From contig NIVC01000037.1 in assembly GCA_002269645.1 (NCBI GenBank), positions 310,001 through 374,000 of the forward strand: a DNA stretch of 64,000 nucleotides, in the 5' to 3' direction. This DNA comes from Macrostomum lignano. Its lineage: Eukaryota. This document shows, piece after piece, positions 60,773 through 64,000 of the stretch (its first letter is position 1; every line of letters starts with the position of its first letter). The notes beneath the pieces are model-generated. The model searched no databases and was not told the origin of the DNA. It saw only the letters and a program-made list of their open reading frames with translations. Position numbers and translations under genes: made by a program.

Positions 60773-62762
60773 CTCTTGCCTAAGTTGCCTGTTATGGAGA
60801 AGAGAATTAAAAGTCTGTTGTGTTTTTTGTACTATCAACATATATTTAATATTTACCAACTCACAAGCAGTGCCTGTATCAAGAGGAATCATTAGTACAT
60901 TAGGTAAAAGGATATGTACAGCTCGTTTGCATATAATACATGTACATGTATTTATCTCGCATTGTGTCGTCAGCATTGCAAAAATGATTTAAAATACCAT
61001 CTTGAAGCGGCTTGCGAGTGAAGCTTGAAAAGCAGCAAGCAAGCAAAAGATCTTGTGTATACTTGAGAGAATAGAGAGGTGTGAATCAGAGCGAACTGGC
61101 TGGGCAAAACTCCCCAGCAGCCAGGCGTGCAGGGGCCTGTGCACAGGCGGGCCCCGCTCTCGACCGTGCACCAGTCTGGCCGCCACAATCTACAAGTTAA
61201 ATATCAATAGTTGAATGACTTTAATAGTTAATAAACGACCCTATTAAATATATTATTTTAACCAGATTGTCAACTAAAAATAATTAATTAAAGCGAGGGT
61301 GTGTCCAATGCTAACCTGCAAAATTCAGCATTGTCAAAAGAACAATCAACAAGACGTGTTGAGATCAAAAGCTTTATTACGCGCCATGTGCATTCGTTCG
61401 ATATCTTGAGATTTTTGCGATGCTATTAGTTGTCGCGGAAACAAATTTAAACAAAGTTTTACCAGAGCGTATATTAAGCAGTTTAATAAAGAGATGTTAA
61501 AATAGCCTTTGTACAAATTAGCTCAAATATCTAATTTTATTTATTCTTTAATCAGAACATTGAATCTTAATTGATTCGGTGCGTTTTTTAACTTCAAAAG
61601 AAAAATCCTTTTTTGTATAATTATATCGGATCGTGCACCCCGGAGTTCGTTCATTTTTACCGATTTTGTCATCGTCATCGGAATTTTTTAAATACGAAGC
61701 TGTTACAATAGTATATGGCAATGTTGATATTGAAGAATGTGATGCCAATCAAAAATAAATAAATTATTTCCTAATTTTTACTCAAAGTTATGGAAACTAT
61801 TGTATGACCATTCGTCACATATGACCCTGTCATGGGAAATTGTCTTCGAGGAAATGCCGAGGAGGACGTTGATTTATCACAACGATCCTTACGCTCCACA
61901 AGAGCACAAGGTAATTTTCGCTCCACTATTGGGCTTGGACTTTTTCTACAATTCTAGTGATAAAAATCGGATTTTATTGTTTTTAGCTCCTATTTGAAAT
62001 TACGAGTATATCATAAAATATTTAGAGAATGGCAAAGAAAAAACTTTATGATGAAAATTAAAAGCTGATATAGAAATTGTTCTACAAGCCTATTTAACAT
62101 TTTATAATTTCGCCTTGATTACTTAACAAACTATAGTTACGGATGCTTGTCAATAAAGCAATTAAATTGACTATTTAATGTTACCAGCTCTAAGTATGAG
62201 CTACATAGCATATAGTATGCTATTTTTCATAACGAAAGAACTTTCTTCTTTATATAAGTATCGACCCAAAAACTTAAGGATGAAAAGTCAAAAGTTTCAC
62301 CTCAATAATAAATATTAAATATATACTGAACTTTGAACAAAAATGAGTCTATATAATAGCTTCTGAGAGAAATAGGATACAACCCATTTCTCAAAAATGA
62401 AATTAAATTCCATGAACATCTTTCACATAAATTTGTGATTTTCCAAAATTTTATTGTAAAATTTTGTGAATTTTTATATATATCTTTTATCTTTTTACTG
62501 AAGAACACAATAAGGCATAGGGCCTTTATTTGCATTTATCTTTTGTAAAAACTCTTGGATGAAATGGATGCAAAAAAGATATAATCATCAAAGAATGAGA
62601 AGAAATGTTTTTTTAAAAAGAGATTTTTTATATTTTTTGCTTTAAATATCTTCAGTTTACCTTTTAAGCTGTTTGTAAAATAACTTAAATTGATTATTAA
62701 AATGCCTGACTAGCTATATTTGTCAGCTAGGTTCAAACTGATTCGCAGCCATTCTAATCCTC

Positions 62763-63183
62763 ATGTCAGTCCTTCGCCAGCGGTCTGCAAATTCTCGTCA
62801 TCAGCAGCCGCAGCAGCCTCTGGTTGCTAAAAACTTCCCCCTTCGCCGTGAGCGAATTCGCTGGAACTCTGAGCAGCCGCTCACCGACAGTCAGCTGCGC
62901 TCGAAGCGAGACGAATTCTGGGACACCGCGCCGGCATTCGAAGGCCGCAAGGAGATCTGGGACGCGCTGAAGGCGGCCGCCGCCGCCCTGGAGTCCGGTG
63001 ATCACGAACTGGCTCAGGCGATCGTCAGCGGCGCGGGTGTCACCCTGCCGCACGGACTCCTCACTGACTGCTATGACGAGCTGGGCAGCCGCTACCAGCT
63101 GCCGCTGTACGTGCTGGCAGCTCCTGTCAACCTCATCAGCAGCCCGGCAGCTGCGGGGGCTGCCGCTCTCGACGGATCAGCGG
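62763..63183 (+). CDS. UBTD2: Ubiquitin domain-containing protein UBTD1/2 (DC-UbP) N-terminal ubiquitin-binding exon; partial
   Basis: [87 protein letters not shown] is the UBTD1/2 signature. The likely donor is G|GTAGCC at 63183/63184. The UBL domain is presumably beyond the window, and the 5' boundary is uncertain. Confidence 0.9.
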
Positions 63184-63284
63184 GTAGCCGAGCTCGTTTT
63201 GTTTCACTTTTTTACGAGTAGTAGTTCCGGGTTTCTGTTTCTAAGAAACTTGTTAATCGAATTTTTTAACTGGGTCTCCAACTC

Positions 63285-63945
63285 CGAAGGCGACTCCCCC
63301 AACACCGGAACCGACTTCCCCAACACCGGAACCGACTCCCCCAACACCGAAACCGACTTCCCCAATACCGGAACCGACTTCCCCAACACCAAAACCGACT
63401 CCTTCATTACCGGAACCGACTTCCCCAACACCAAAACCGACTCCTTCATTACCGGAACCAACTTCCTCAACACCGGAACCGGTCGACTCCTCCAACACCG
63501 GAACCGGTCGACTCCTCCAACACCGGAACCAACTTCCCCAACACCGGAACCGGTCGACTCCTCCAACACCGGAACCAACTTCCCCAACACCGGAACCGGT
63601 CGACTCCTCCAACACCGGAACCAACTTCCCCAACACCGGAACCGGTCGACTCCTCCAACACCGGAACCAACTTCCCCAACACCGGAACCGGTCGACTCCT
63701 CCAATACCGGAACCGACTTCCCCAACACCGGAACCGACTCCTTCAATACCGGAACCAACTTCCCCAACACCGGAACCGGTCGACTCCTCCAACACCGGAA
63801 CCAACTTCCCCAACACCAGAACCGACTCCTTCAATACCGGAACCGACTTCCCCAACACCGGAACCGACTCCTTCAATACCGGAACCAACTTCCCCAACAC
63901 CGGAACCGACTCTCCCAATACCAGAACACTTCTCCAACACTGGAA
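63285..63945. repeat. Minisatellite, ~21-23-bp unit (CCCCAACACCGGAACCGACTT), UBTD intron
   Basis: About 30 tandem copies. This is the source of the repetitive ORFs at 63204-63991. Confidence 0.95.
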
Positions 63946-64000
63946 TCGACTTCCTCAATGCTAAAATCTGTTTCCAATGTCGGAATTTCACCCTTCAAAA

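Overview
This is eukaryotic (animal) genomic DNA with spliced genes, not prokaryotic. GC-rich exons, minisatellite-stuffed introns and the TE spectrum suggest a free-living flatworm such as Macrostomum, but this is inferred from sequence style only. Six host genes are supported: (1) a small secreted peptide-precursor-like gene (+, ~2.05-2.41 kb); (2) a five-coding-exon brat/NCL-1-type TRIM-NHL gene that carries a variant RING (-, 6309-11600); (3) a KIM-motif transmembrane tyrosine phosphatase of the PTPRR/PTPN5 type (+, 47791-53041); (4) a rabphilin/Noc2-type Rab effector with no visible C2 domains (-, ~55068-56359); (5) a Ly6/quiver-like three-finger GPI protein (+, ~60236-60772); (6) the N-terminal exon of UBTD1/2 (+, ~62763-63183). 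Positions 14-27.5 kb hold a nested transposon stack: a Mutator-like host, a LOA/I-group LINE with a 15-bp TSD, a Ty3/Gypsy element with a 5-bp TSD but only one LTR, and an LTR fragment carrying a MULE-MITE with a 9-bp TSD. Positions 37-44.5 kb are a second TE cluster (THAP/P-like long-TIR element, Tc1-like foldback, LINE fragments, MITEs). The most unusual signal is two sharply bounded blocks that are nearly free of CpG and rich in TpA (11.6-13.4 kb, coinciding with the predicted brat 5'UTR intron, and 28.2-32.3 kb). Nearby DNA of similar AT content is CpG-rich, which points to localized methylation-driven or RIP-like hypermutation. All counts are by eye, splice models are manual, and no database searches were run.
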